Assembly: GCA_049512935.1 (NCBI GenBank)
Contig: JBEKWR010000013.1
Span: 1 to 58,747, forward strand
Reading direction: 5' to 3'
Origin: Candidatus Bathyarchaeia archaeon
Lineage (GTDB): Archaea; Thermoproteota; Bathyarchaeia; Bathyarchaeales; Bathycorpusculaceae
DNA length: 58,747 nucleotides
How positions within the stretch are numbered: position 1 is the first letter of the stretch; each line of letters opens with the position of its first letter. A model generated the notes under the pieces. That model searched no databases and was not told the origin of the DNA. It saw nothing but the letters and a program-made list of their open reading frames with translations. The position numbers and the translations under genes were made by a program. This document shows positions 9,695 to 18,628 of this stretch, one piece after another.

Positions 9695-10646
9695 GCCAAA
9701 AACCGTTAAAATCGCCCGAGCGAAAGGCAGCATAAGCGGCATTCTGAGGCAAGCCGTCTCGGATTCAGGTTTGCGCGGCAAAAAGAAAATTTACGTTAAA
9801 CCGAACATGAGCCACCCCGAATACGTGCCAGGCGTCGTGACGTGCCCCCAGCTGCTGGGTGAGCTGGTCGGTTTGCTCCGTGACGGCAACAGCGAGGTCA
9901 TTGTGGGCGAATCGAACGGGTTTAACTACCCATGCAACTCAGCCTTCGAGAAGACAGGGATCGAAGCAGCTGTCAAACGGGCAGGCGGCAGCGTAATCAA
10001 TCTTTCAGAGGACAAAGTCGTCAAGGTAAAATTCCCAGACGCTGTCACGCCGCTGAAAGAGCTGCTTTTGCCAAAAACCGTTTTGGACGCGGACGCAGTG
10101 GTTGATTTGCCCTTGATGAAGACGCATGAGTTCACCATGTACAGCGGAGCCATAAAGAACCTTTTCGGCTGCGTCCCAAGCAACAGGCGAATATACCTGC
10201 ACCCGTACCTGCCAGAAGTCTTCTACCGCCTCTACACAATTTGCAAGCCGCAGCTGACCGTGATGGACGCAAGAATCGGCATCGAAGGCAACGGACCCAC
10301 AAAAGGCAACCCCGTCAAGATGGACCTGATGCTGACCAGCAACGACGCCTTAGCAATCGACATAACTGCCGCCAAAATCATGAAGCTCAGCTGGGAGCAA
10401 ACCTACCTCGGCTACATCGCCAAGAAAACGGGACTGAAAGAAAACGCCTTCACGGTGCAAGGCTTGCAGGTCAGCGAGGTGGCGCGCAAGTTTGAGCCGC
10501 CCCGAATCGATTTGCCCGTTAAAGCGCAGATGGAGATTTACCAGCACGAGTACCTGACGAAGCTGCTGTTCTGCTCGCTTGACGTGGTTAAGCTGTTCCA
10601 GAAGGTAACGATGGCTTACAGGCGAGAACCCGTGCAAGTCGCCTAG
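9687..10646 (+). CDS. DUF362-domain protein
   Basis: YVKPN, VIVGES, LMKTH, GAIKNLFG, GIEGNGP, DALAID. Track start is TTG 9771, but the frame is open back to ACG 9687, which follows GGAGG. Confidence 0.8.
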   Translation, partial: TPEPKTVKIARAKGSISGILRQAVSDSGLRGKKKIYVKPNMSHPEYVPGVVTCPQLLGELVGLLRDGNSEVIVGESNGFNYPCNSAFEKTGIEAAVKRAGGSVINLSEDKVVKVKFPDAVTPLKELLLPKTVLDADAVVDLPLMKTHEFTMYSGAIKNLFGCVPSNRRIYLHPYLPEVFYRLYTICKPQLTVMDARIGIEGNGPTKGNPVKMDLMLTSNDALAIDITAAKIMKLSWEQTYLGYIAKKTGLKENAFTVQGLQVSEVARKFEPPRIDLPVKAQMEIYQHEYLTKLLFCSLDVVKLFQKVTMAYRREPVQVA

Positions 10647-10692
10647 CAAGAGCTTAAATGCAAAATTCTCACTCTATGCAGAGGGCAATATT

Positions 10693-11385
10693 ATGGGGAC
10701 TTTGACCTCTGAGAACTTGGAAAAACTCGTTAGGTTAAATGATAACATCAAAAATTTGATATCAAACGAACCAGAACTTGACAATGCCCTCGACTTAAGC
10801 GGTAGGCTTAATGGAGTATTCGGAGAAGCTTTAGGGCTTGCTAAACTTTATAGCATCTACGGAAATTCGGCTAATTATGAGTGGGAAGGGAAACAAAAGA
10901 AAGGCTATGATATACAAATAACAAAGAACAACGAAAAAATCCGATTCCAGATCAAGTCATCGGCGCAAGAGAAATACGTTTTCAGAGTGATAAAAGTAGC
11001 CGATTTGGATGCAGAGAAAATTAGAAAACAACTAGCGAACAAAGATTTTTCTGAAATATTTAACAAAATAACATATGCGATAGACCATGCGCAAACTGAT
11101 GTGTGGTTATTAATCCATACACGAAAGGACAAACATGACTTTTATTGGATCGAGAAGGAAGCTATGAAAGATATAGTCACGAAACACTATGAAGATGCCT
11201 TTACCTTAAGAAAGCATGGACGAAAGGGAAAAGAATTTCATGAATACATAACCAACGGCATCTACCGCCCGCACATAACACAAAATGAAAAATGGGATAG
11301 AGAAAGGCTGGCTGCCCATAACAAAATCAAAGTGATTGAAGAAGAAGCGACGACGCGGAATACTCAACTTAAGACCTTATCGTAG
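10693..11385 (+). CDS. Hypothetical protein, possible PD-(D/E)XK nuclease
   Basis: AT-rich relative to neighbours; GEALG...GYDIQITKNNEKIRFQIKS resembles an E...D-x(n)-QxK catalytic arrangement. Confidence 0.5.
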   Translation: MGTLTSENLEKLVRLNDNIKNLISNEPELDNALDLSGRLNGVFGEALGLAKLYSIYGNSANYEWEGKQKKGYDIQITKNNEKIRFQIKSSAQEKYVFRVIKVADLDAEKIRKQLANKDFSEIFNKITYAIDHAQTDVWLLIHTRKDKHDFYWIEKEAMKDIVTKHYEDAFTLRKHGRKGKEFHEYITNGIYRPHITQNEKWDRERLAAHNKIKVIEEEATTRNTQLKTLS

Positions 11386-11402
11386 ACTTGAAAATCTCTC
11401 AA
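11364..11402 (-). pseudogene. Remnant 5' end of a HepT/DUF86 HEPN toxin gene
   Basis: TTG overlaps the MNT stop (TTGA) and reads MRDFQVYDKVLS*, similar to DUF86 N-termini (MRDxxxY), then terminates inside the opposing ORF. Confidence 0.45.
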
Positions 11403-11692
11403 ACGTAAACAGCCTCGCTTAAAATTCTCTCCTTCAGGCGAGGCTTAATCCCCTCTTTCATGACAAGGTCAACTTTAACCCCGAGAATATCGCTTAGATA
11501 GTTTTCAAGCTCAACAAACGTGAACAAGTCAATTGTCTCGTAGAAGGTTACCAAGATGTCTACATCGCTTCTCTTTTTTTGCTCCTGCCTAACGTAAGAA
11601 CCGAAAATCCCAATCTCTTTTACCTTAAACTTCATCCTTAATTCTTCTTTATGCAAAGCCAAAGTCGTTTTTAGCTTCTCGATCGTCTGCAT
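11399..11692 (-). CDS. Minimal nucleotidyltransferase (MNT antitoxin)
   Basis: GIFGSYVRQEQKKRSDVDILV, LGVKVDLV; 97 aa. Confidence 0.92.
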   Translation of the reverse strand: MQTIEKLKTTLALHKEELRMKFKVKEIGIFGSYVRQEQKKRSDVDILVTFYETIDLFTFVELENYLSDILGVKVDLVMKEGIKPRLKERILSEAVYV

Positions 11693-11762
11693 TTCTAATC
11701 GAAATACATTTAGTCTGTTCGCCTTTTAAAGAATACTGGCAGCGCCTAAGCTCAAGCCTCAT

Positions 11763-12959
11763 TTAGGCTAACGCTTGGTCGTAGACTTTCATGGCGTCTT
11801 TGACGACTATGCGCCAATCGTATTGTTCCACAATGGTTTTTCGAGCAAGCCGCCCCATCTCGACCGCCTCCGCTGGGTGCTCAACCAGATAAAGTATCTT
11901 GTCGGAGAACTGCTTTGCGTTGAAGGGCTCGACGAGGAAACCGTTTTTGCCGTTTTCAATCGTCTCAGGGATTCCGCCGACCCATGTTGTCACCACGGGC
12001 AACCCTGTTGCGAGCGCTTCGAGGACGGCGAAGGGGTGGTGCTCGTAGAAGGTGCTGAAGGCGAACACGTCTGCGGCTTGGTAGAGCTTAGGCAGTTCTT
12101 TGTCGGGTGTGTAGCCTGTGAAGACGATGCGGTCTTTGACGCCGACCCTTTCCGCGTGGGCGATGAGCTTGCGCATTTCGTCGCTTTGCCCCTTGCCTGA
12201 AACGATGAACTTCGCCTTCGGAAAACGTTTGACGACCGCTGGCATGCTGTCTATAAGCGTGAACAAGCCTTTGCGTGCGTACAGCCTGCCCACGGAAACA
12301 ATTGCGATGCCGTCTGGGTCAAAGCCGAGTTCCCGCTTGACCTTGCGCTTGTCTTGGGCGGGCTGGAACTTGCGGGTGTCCACGCCGTTGTGTATGACTT
12401 TGATTTTTCCCGCGGGAATGTTGTAGTAGCTTGTGAGTTCCCGTTTCGTGAAGTGGCTGACGGCGATTATTCTTCGCGCCCTGTGAAGCATGCCTTCCTC
12501 GAAAAACCGCAGAAACCAGTTGAAGCTGACGAGGAATTTTTCGTTCGCGTTCAGGCGGCTGTAGGGTTCGCCTCGGATGGCTTCCGCCTCGCCCTTCCAC
12601 GTCGAATGCACAGTGCAGACGAGGGTTTTCCCGAAGTTGGGCGGCACAGCGAAGTTGGGTGTCAACGGCAGCTGGGGATGGGTAACGTCGACGCCCGCGG
12701 TTTGGCGGACGCTTTGAAGTTTTCGGTAGCTTGCGCCTGCAAGCATAAACGATTTGACTATGGGCGTTTTGGGGATTTTTAGGAAGGACACGCCCAGTTG
12801 CGGGTTGACTTGGATGTCTTGGGCTTGGTTGCCTCCTGTGACGACGTAGATTTTATAGCCGTTCTTGAGCAGCTCGTTGGACAGGTAGTAGACGTAGGAG
12901 CCTGTGCCTCCCGTGAGCGGCCAGTACTCGGGCGATATGAAGCAGACCTTAGGCGGCAT
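11763..12959 (-). CDS. Glycosyltransferase family 4
   Basis: Likely start ATG 12959 (MPPKVCFISPEYWPLTGG); HNGVD, VGRLYARKG, EHHPFAVLEALATGLPVV. Confidence 0.92.
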   Translation of the reverse strand: MPPKVCFISPEYWPLTGGTGSYVYYLSNELLKNGYKIYVVTGGNQAQDIQVNPQLGVSFLKIPKTPIVKSFMLAGASYRKLQSVRQTAGVDVTHPQLPLTPNFAVPPNFGKTLVCTVHSTWKGEAEAIRGEPYSRLNANEKFLVSFNWFLRFFEEGMLHRARRIIAVSHFTKRELTSYYNIPAGKIKVIHNGVDTRKFQPAQDKRKVKRELGFDPDGIAIVSVGRLYARKGLFTLIDSMPAVVKRFPKAKFIVSGKGQSDEMRKLIAHAERVGVKDRIVFTGYTPDKELPKLYQAADVFAFSTFYEHHPFAVLEALATGLPVVTTWVGGIPETIENGKNGFLVEPFNAKQFSDKILYLVEHPAEAVEMGRLARKTIVEQYDWRIVVKDAMKVYDQALA

Positions 12960-13951
12960 TACCTGCGCCTCCCCGCTATGTACCGAACAGTGGTTGCTGT
13001 TGCGCCGACAAACCAAGCCGCCGCACGAACGAAGTAAAGCACAACCAGTCGAAAAGCGGACCCGTCGTGGAACTTGGCGGCAATTTTGGCGGCGCTGTAG
13101 ATGAAGTACAAAACCATGAACAATAGGATTAAGCCTGAACCGAGCCAAAGCAGCCTGACCGCTGGAACGATGCCCACGAGGAAAAACGCGATGACCGCCA
13201 AGAGCAGCACGGGCTGAACGTTCATTCCGAAATCCGTGATTTCATCGCCCTTCGCCAAGCCGCCATGTTTAAAGTACAGTCTAAGCGTGTTCTTGCCGTA
13301 CTGCCGCTGCTGCCTAAAATACGCCTTAAGCGTCGGCCTGTTGTAGTGGTAACAGACCGCGCTGGGCTCGTAAGCAATGCGGTAGCCTTTAGCGCTGACT
13401 CGGAAACCAAAGTCCGTGTCGTACTGGCTTGGCAAGTTCTCGTCCCATCCGCCAACCTCCTCAATCACCGCCCTTTTCAGAAGCAAGTTCATGGTGGCTA
13501 CGCGACCCGTGTACTTTCCAATACGCGAATAGCGGTTTTTAAGCTCGTAGCCGATGTTTCTCGCCCACGGGTTATCCACGTTCCAGGTTTCGATGCTGCC
13601 GCTGACGCCCGCCACCTTCGGCTCGTTCAAGCGGGGCACAAGCTTGCGAAGCCACTGGGGCTCCACCTTCGCGTCCGAATCGATGAACCCTAAAACCTCA
13701 TGGGCAGCCACGTTTTTCATGGCGTAGTTGTAGGCTGCAGGCGCGTTGAGGCGGATTGAAACAACTTTGACTGGGTATTTCTGCGCTTTCTTAACGGTGT
13801 CGTCTTTTGAAGCTCCATCCATCACGATGACTTCTACAAAGCCCGGGGGATAATCCAGCGCCAAAATCGATTTCAGGCATTCATCTATCGTTTGCTCATT
13901 GTTGTATGATGCCACAACAATCGAAACCTGGGGAAGTCCAGTTTCCGCCAA
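12959..13951 (-). CDS. Glycosyltransferase family 2 with C-terminal TM helices
   Basis: SIVVASYN, MDGASKDDT, FIDSD, GGWDE, RQQRQYG; hydrophobic C-terminus. Confidence 0.9.
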   Translation of the reverse strand: MAETGLPQVSIVVASYNNEQTIDECLKSILALDYPPGFVEVIVMDGASKDDTVKKAQKYPVKVVSIRLNAPAAYNYAMKNVAAHEVLGFIDSDAKVEPQWLRKLVPRLNEPKVAGVSGSIETWNVDNPWARNIGYELKNRYSRIGKYTGRVATMNLLLKRAVIEEVGGWDENLPSQYDTDFGFRVSAKGYRIAYEPSAVCYHYNRPTLKAYFRQQRQYGKNTLRLYFKHGGLAKGDEITDFGMNVQPVLLLAVIAFFLVGIVPAVRLLWLGSGLILLFMVLYFIYSAAKIAAKFHDGSAFRLVVLYFVRAAAWFVGATATTVRYIAGRRR

Positions 13952-13956
13952 CTTGC

Positions 13957-14640
13957 TTAGCCCTCTACACTAGCTAAAAATATCCAAAACAGAATTTTTG
14001 AGCCGTCAAACAATGGGTCAACGCCCGAGCGGCCGTAGGTTCGCTGCTCAAAACTAATCGGAACCTCGGTTATTCTAAAGTTTTTTTTAGCCGTCTTCAC
14101 AAGCATTTCAGACTCTATTTCGTACTCTCTGGAGTATAGCTTTTGGCTTTTCAACACTGTCCGCTTCATGGCGCGGTAGCCTGACTGCGAATCGGTGATG
14201 GCTACGCCTGTAGCCAACTCGATGAGAAGGTTGAATGCACGCACGCCAAACGCATTCAGCCGCCTTGTAGCCACCCTCTTATGATTGAGGAACCGTGAAC
14301 CGATGACAAGGTCTGCTTGGTCATGCAGAATTGGCGCCAAAACCTCAGGCAACTCTTCGGGAAGATGGGAGCCATCCGAATCTATTGTAACAATGATGTC
14401 GCCTGTGGCTTTAGCGAACCCAGCACGCAGCGCGTAGCCTTTGCCCAGATGTTCTTTTAGGCTGTAGAGTTTAATGCCGTGTTTTTTGGCAACCTCAACC
14501 GAGCGGTCATACGAGTGGTCGTCAATAACCAAAATTTCGCTTTTCAAGCCTGTTCGCATCACAACTGCTTTTACACGGTCGATTACGTCGCCTATGGTTA
14601 ATTCCTCGTTGTAAACGGGGATTATTATGGAAAGCAGCAA
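13957..14640 (-). CDS. Glycosyltransferase family 2, DPM1-like
   Basis: IIPVYNEE, IDDHSYD, GKG, IDSDGSH, TDSQSGYRA. Confidence 0.9.
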   Translation of the reverse strand: MLLSIIIPVYNEELTIGDVIDRVKAVVMRTGLKSEILVIDDHSYDRSVEVAKKHGIKLYSLKEHLGKGYALRAGFAKATGDIIVTIDSDGSHLPEELPEVLAPILHDQADLVIGSRFLNHKRVATRRLNAFGVRAFNLLIELATGVAITDSQSGYRAMKRTVLKSQKLYSREYEIESEMLVKTAKKNFRITEVPISFEQRTYGRSGVDPLFDGSKILFWIFLASVEG

Positions 14641-14739
14641 TTCCCCTCGGCTCGTTGATTCTTAGATGCCAATGGAAGAACTTATAAAGTTTGGGTGCTC
14701 CACCCTTGTTAACGCTTTAAAAGGGGATTTGGGGAGTAA

Positions 14740-15294
14740 ATGGATACCGCATCGCCAAGCAAAGTTTACGCTGACAGGAAAGTGTGGTTTTCCATGTGGT
14801 TTCTCTCGGCAGTTGCATCTTTCGGCGTCGCGTTCTTCCCCATGTTCTACCGCCTGCTAGACGGCAGAAACAAGCATTTCAATCATGAGGCAGACGTGGA
14901 AAAACAGGTTGCCGACTACCTGAGCAGCCGTGGGAAGCAGGCGCCGCCGTTAAGCAAGCGTTTGCCAGAGAGAAACACGAAGGCGTGGGTTGCAAGCGTC
15001 ATCCTAATTATCCCAGCTTTCGTCATCACCTACATTTTGTCAAGGGACCTGCTGATGCATGAGCGAAGCCAAGACGCTTTTTTGGCTTCTGCTTTTCCTG
15101 AGCGGATGTTTATGCCGCAGACGATACCGATAAAAACTTATGTTGTGGTTACAATCGTTACGCTGGGCGTCGGAGGCATCTACTGGTTGTACAAGACAGT
15201 CAACCTGTACAACGCTCACTTCAAGGCTCAAGCGCAAGTTGAAAAAGAAGTATTCAGGTTAATGGAGGAACAGAAAGATGGCGGGTCAATGTAA
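14740..15294 (+). CDS. Membrane protein, DUF4234-like
   Basis: Short TM segments, TIVTLGVGGIYWLYK...NAHF; overlaps the cobD start. Confidence 0.6.
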   Translation: MDTASPSKVYADRKVWFSMWFLSAVASFGVAFFPMFYRLLDGRNKHFNHEADVEKQVADYLSSRGKQAPPLSKRLPERNTKAWVASVILIIPAFVITYILSRDLLMHERSQDAFLASAFPERMFMPQTIPIKTYVVVTIVTLGVGGIYWLYKTVNLYNAHFKAQAQVEKEVFRLMEEQKDGGSM

Positions 15295-16384
15295 AGAACG
15301 CAGGTTCATCAGTCACGGCGGAGACATCTGGGGCTTCAGCCGAAAATACAAGGTACCCCTAGAAGAAGTGCTTGAGTTCAGCGGACCCATAAATTTCCTT
15401 GGACCCTCACCGAAAGCCGTGGAAGCCGTCAGAGAACAGGCGAAACTGATAAAGTTTTATCCCGACCCGAACCCCGTGGAGTTCAAAGCTGCAATAGCCA
15501 AGTACGTCGGACACGGTGTCGGGGAAGAAAACGTGGTTTTAGGAGACGGCTCAATCGAGCTCATCTACGCAATCACGCAGATTTTGCCCCGCGGATTCAA
15601 AGCTCTGATTCCAATCCCGTCCTTTAGCGAGTACGAGAAGGCTGCGATGCGGGTAGGCAGCGAAGTCATTTTTCTGCAGTTGCCAGAAAACTTTTCCATG
15701 GACAACGAAAAAATCAAGCGGGCAATAACGCCTGAAACAAAAATACTTTGCATCTGCAACCCGCACAGCCCATCGGGAACCCTTTACAGCAAAGAATCGG
15801 TTTTAGACCTCGTTGACTACTGCCACAAAAAAGACGTCATCTTCAGCATCGACGAAAACTACATCGAGTTCGCCGAAAAAGGTCAGGAAACCACGTTGGC
15901 TGGCATGGTTAAGCAATACGACAACCTGTTTGTGATTAGGTCAGTCACAAAGTTCTACGGCATGGCAGGCATACGCTTGGGCTACGGGTTAGCCTCGCCC
16001 GACATGGTGGAGAAACTGGAGAACGTCAGGCTACCCTGGAGCATCAACAGCCTCGCAAGCTGCGCGACGCTGGCGGCTTTCGGCGACACAGAATTCATCG
16101 AGAACACAAAGAAAACAATCGCCAAGGAAAGAGAGGTACTTGCCAGAAGCCTCGGCGGAATCGAAGGCTTACACGTTTACCCGTCGGTAACTAACTTTTT
16201 GCTCGTGAAGATCACGAACGGGAAAATCACGTCAACTAAACTCAAAGAAGCGCTGGTCAAGGAGCGGATGCTTATCCGTGACTGCTGCACCTTCATGGGA
16301 TTAGACGACAAGTACTTCAGAGTCACGGTGCGCTCAGCCAAAGACAACCAAAAACTCGTACAAGCAATAAAACGGGCATTTTGA
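15278..16384 (+). CDS. cobD: L-threonine-O-3-phosphate decarboxylase (PLP, HisC-like)
   Basis: HGGDI, YPDP, PSFSEYE, CNP, DENY, RSVTKFYGMAGIRLGY, IRDCCTFMGLDDKYFRV; cob gene context. Confidence 0.85.
   Translation: MAGQCKERRFISHGGDIWGFSRKYKVPLEEVLEFSGPINFLGPSPKAVEAVREQAKLIKFYPDPNPVEFKAAIAKYVGHGVGEENVVLGDGSIELIYAITQILPRGFKALIPIPSFSEYEKAAMRVGSEVIFLQLPENFSMDNEKIKRAITPETKILCICNPHSPSGTLYSKESVLDLVDYCHKKDVIFSIDENYIEFAEKGQETTLAGMVKQYDNLFVIRSVTKFYGMAGIRLGYGLASPDMVEKLENVRLPWSINSLASCATLAAFGDTEFIENTKKTIAKEREVLARSLGGIEGLHVYPSVTNFLLVKITNGKITSTKLKEALVKERMLIRDCCTFMGLDDKYFRVTVRSAKDNQKLVQAIKRAF
16268..16372 (+). repeat. Direct repeat copy 1 (3' end of cobD)
   Basis: 105 bp matching 18366-18470, about 7 mismatches counted by eye. 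Confidence 0.92.
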
Positions 16385-16392
16385 TAAAGAAA

Positions 16393-16524
16393 TTACGCGC
16401 CAGTTTTATTCTTAATCTGTTGTCGAATCCAGTTCAGGTCATCCGAGCTTTCGTAAAGATAATGTTTGGGGTTATTTTCATCCCAAGTTAGCTTTATACG
16501 TAACTTTTCTTCCCTACTTGTCAA
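16393..16524 (-). CDS. Small hypothetical protein (43 aa)
   Basis: Manual translation MTSREEKLRIKLTWDENNPKHYLYESSDDLNWIRQQIKNKTGA*, TTG start preceded by GAAGGGATGA; directly downstream of the 494-aa ORF. Confidence 0.4.
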   Translation of the reverse strand: MTSREEKLRIKLTWDENNPKHYLYESSDDLNWIRQQIKNKTGA

Positions 16525-16563
16525 AGGTCATCCCTTCGTAGTTTACTACTAATAATTAGTATA

Positions 16564-18048
16564 TTAATTTTGAGGATTTCGAAAGAATAAATTCCAAAAT
16601 GAATTTGTTAGTCTTCGTTGATCTGTAATCGCTCTAAAAGGACTATCTGATATTTCCTCTACGAGTAGCGAATAACCTTCTTCACTAGCTCTAACTTCAT
16701 CCTTATATTCTATGTGCTTAATTGAGAAACTCAGATTGTTCGTTAGAATTCTGCATAGCAAGTCAGCACATTCCTTGGGGCTTCTTACAACCAAGACACC
16801 ATTTGACACCCCAGTTTGGAGATCGACTTGCATTGCGAGTGGATGTATTTCTTTAAGCATTTTTGCTCTTTTGTCAAATCTGAAGCATTCTGCAACAGCC
16901 AGAATATCACATAGAGAATGAAAATCTCCCGAATCTTTGATGGACGCTTCACTCTCAGTCCATAGTCTCAAAGGTTGCTTCTTTAGAAATTCTTCAATTA
17001 TATTTAGGTACTTTTTAATTATTTTTTCAAAGTTTTTGTTCTTTTGCAGAAGTAATTCGTAGCATATTGGGTCATTGAAAATTTCTTCTGACTGGAGAAT
17101 TAGCATCCTTCTCTTGAAGAAATCCAAGGGGTACTTTGAGATTTTCTTGGAATAGTCGTCGCGGTTAGGATTGGGCACATAAGCAATCACGGGCTTCTTT
17201 TGCGCCAGCGTTGATGCAAGTTCTGAATCCTTTCCTAAAGTATCGCTTTCCTGCACCATATATACGGTACACGATGCTCGTTTAAGCATCAAGCCTTCAA
17301 TCATTCCTTTGTCTATACGGTTACCACATTTAGATTGAGTTGGATCGAAATATCGAAGAGACATTTTTGAAATTCGTTCATTGTTAATTACGTCATTTAT
17401 AAAATCGTAGACCTCCTCAAACTCAGAGATAGCTCTCATTGATGTAGCGAAATACACATCCATGTAGTCCCAAGTAAGATAGATATCAGTATTCTTTCGA
17501 GCAAGTTCTTGGACTATTTTTTCTTCTTCGTCTAATCTTATCAGCTTTTCAGCAAATTTTTCTAAATCCTGTTTTCTGAAGCCATAATCCCGATAATTTT
17601 CCATCAATTGCTTGAGTACCTTACCTTCGTTTTTGATTCTCCCAGCTGAAAGTTCCCCAACAAGCCATGTTTTCTCTTTGCCAATTAAATTAATTTCAAG
17701 CATTTTATCGGGTCTGCTGAGAAAACGTCTAATTAATTTCGAGGTCGATTGAGAGTAAGGGAAAAGCTCTCTTTCTATTTCAACCGTTGACTTATTTGCC
17801 AGCTTTTTATATGCATATTTTAGATTCCCAAAAAGCAGCATTGCAAACCCCTGAAATTGCATCACGCCTTTTTTAAGCTCGCTCAGCGAGATATTATCAG
17901 CTCCGAAGAAATAATTGAAGAAATCGAGCCCGACGGTATCCTCGTTCAAAAGAAGTAGCAGTTCATTGAATTGGTTATAATTTATTTTTCTTTTTTTACC
18001 AATATTCTCCATCAACTTAGAGACTAATTCCGCCTCTTCCTTCCGCAA
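16564..18048 (-). CDS. Hypothetical protein with nucleoside-deoxyribosyltransferase-like Rossmann segment
   Basis: AT-rich 494-aa ORF; DVYFATSMR...YFDP...ASCTVYMVQESDTLGKDSELASTLAQKKPVIAY. Confidence 0.6.
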   Translation of the reverse strand: MRKEEAELVSKLMENIGKKRKINYNQFNELLLLLNEDTVGLDFFNYFFGADNISLSELKKGVMQFQGFAMLLFGNLKYAYKKLANKSTVEIERELFPYSQSTSKLIRRFLSRPDKMLEINLIGKEKTWLVGELSAGRIKNEGKVLKQLMENYRDYGFRKQDLEKFAEKLIRLDEEEKIVQELARKNTDIYLTWDYMDVYFATSMRAISEFEEVYDFINDVINNERISKMSLRYFDPTQSKCGNRIDKGMIEGLMLKRASCTVYMVQESDTLGKDSELASTLAQKKPVIAYVPNPNRDDYSKKISKYPLDFFKRRMLILQSEEIFNDPICYELLLQKNKNFEKIIKKYLNIIEEFLKKQPLRLWTESEASIKDSGDFHSLCDILAVAECFRFDKRAKMLKEIHPLAMQVDLQTGVSNGVLVVRSPKECADLLCRILTNNLSFSIKHIEYKDEVRASEEGYSLLVEEISDSPFRAITDQRRLTNSFWNLFFRNPQN

Positions 18049-18365
18049 GTCAGGGGCGTAAATTTACCCGCACAAGCAGTTTATTATTAGATGCGATAAG
18101 CCGCTGGGTGATTCGATATCTAAACAAGCTATTGATCCATCTTTAAACTTCATTATTTTACTTACCTTTTGGTTCGGTTATTTAACTGTTTGATGTGTCT
18201 CCGAATTCTTTTAAGCCTTGCCACGACTGACCTCGACAAGTTGTACAAGTTGACAATACTTGCAGTACAATCCAAGAGTCTATAACTTATTTGTGCCGAC
18301 TTCGAACAAAGAACTTCTAACAATTGCTTTTTCAAGCACAAAAGAGTTCTGGCTAAGCAAGCTAT

Positions 18366-18497
18366 ATGCTTATCCGCGACTGCTGCACCTTCATGGGCTT
18401 AGACGACAAGTACTTCAGAGTCACGGTGCGCTCGGCGAAAGACAACCAAAAACTCGTCAAGGCAATAAAAGGAGTACTTGAAAAAGCGAAGAAATGA
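18366..18497 (+). pseudogene. Orphan second copy of cobD 3' end (direct repeat copy 2)
   Basis: Translates to MLIRDCCTFMGLDDKYFRVTVRSAKDNQKLVKAIKGVLEKAKK*, nearly identical to the CobD C-terminus. Confidence 0.9.
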
Positions 18498-18628
18498 AAT
18501 CCGTTGCGGTCAATTCAGTTAAGAGCGAGTGCCGCATGACTTTGTTAGTTTTCTGTAAATGCTTATTAGTTCACGTATGTTTATCCATCAGCCAATGGGT
18601 CTAAAATGAAACATTGGTGTTGTACCAG

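Noticed and set aside
12960-13148. N-terminal extension of the 461-aa GT4 ORF in the track
   Set aside because: It overlaps the upstream GT2 gene; GT4 homology starts at ATG 12959.
16385-18365. Autonomous prophage or integrative element
   Set aside because: No integrase, transposase or replication gene; only about 2 kb of cargo.
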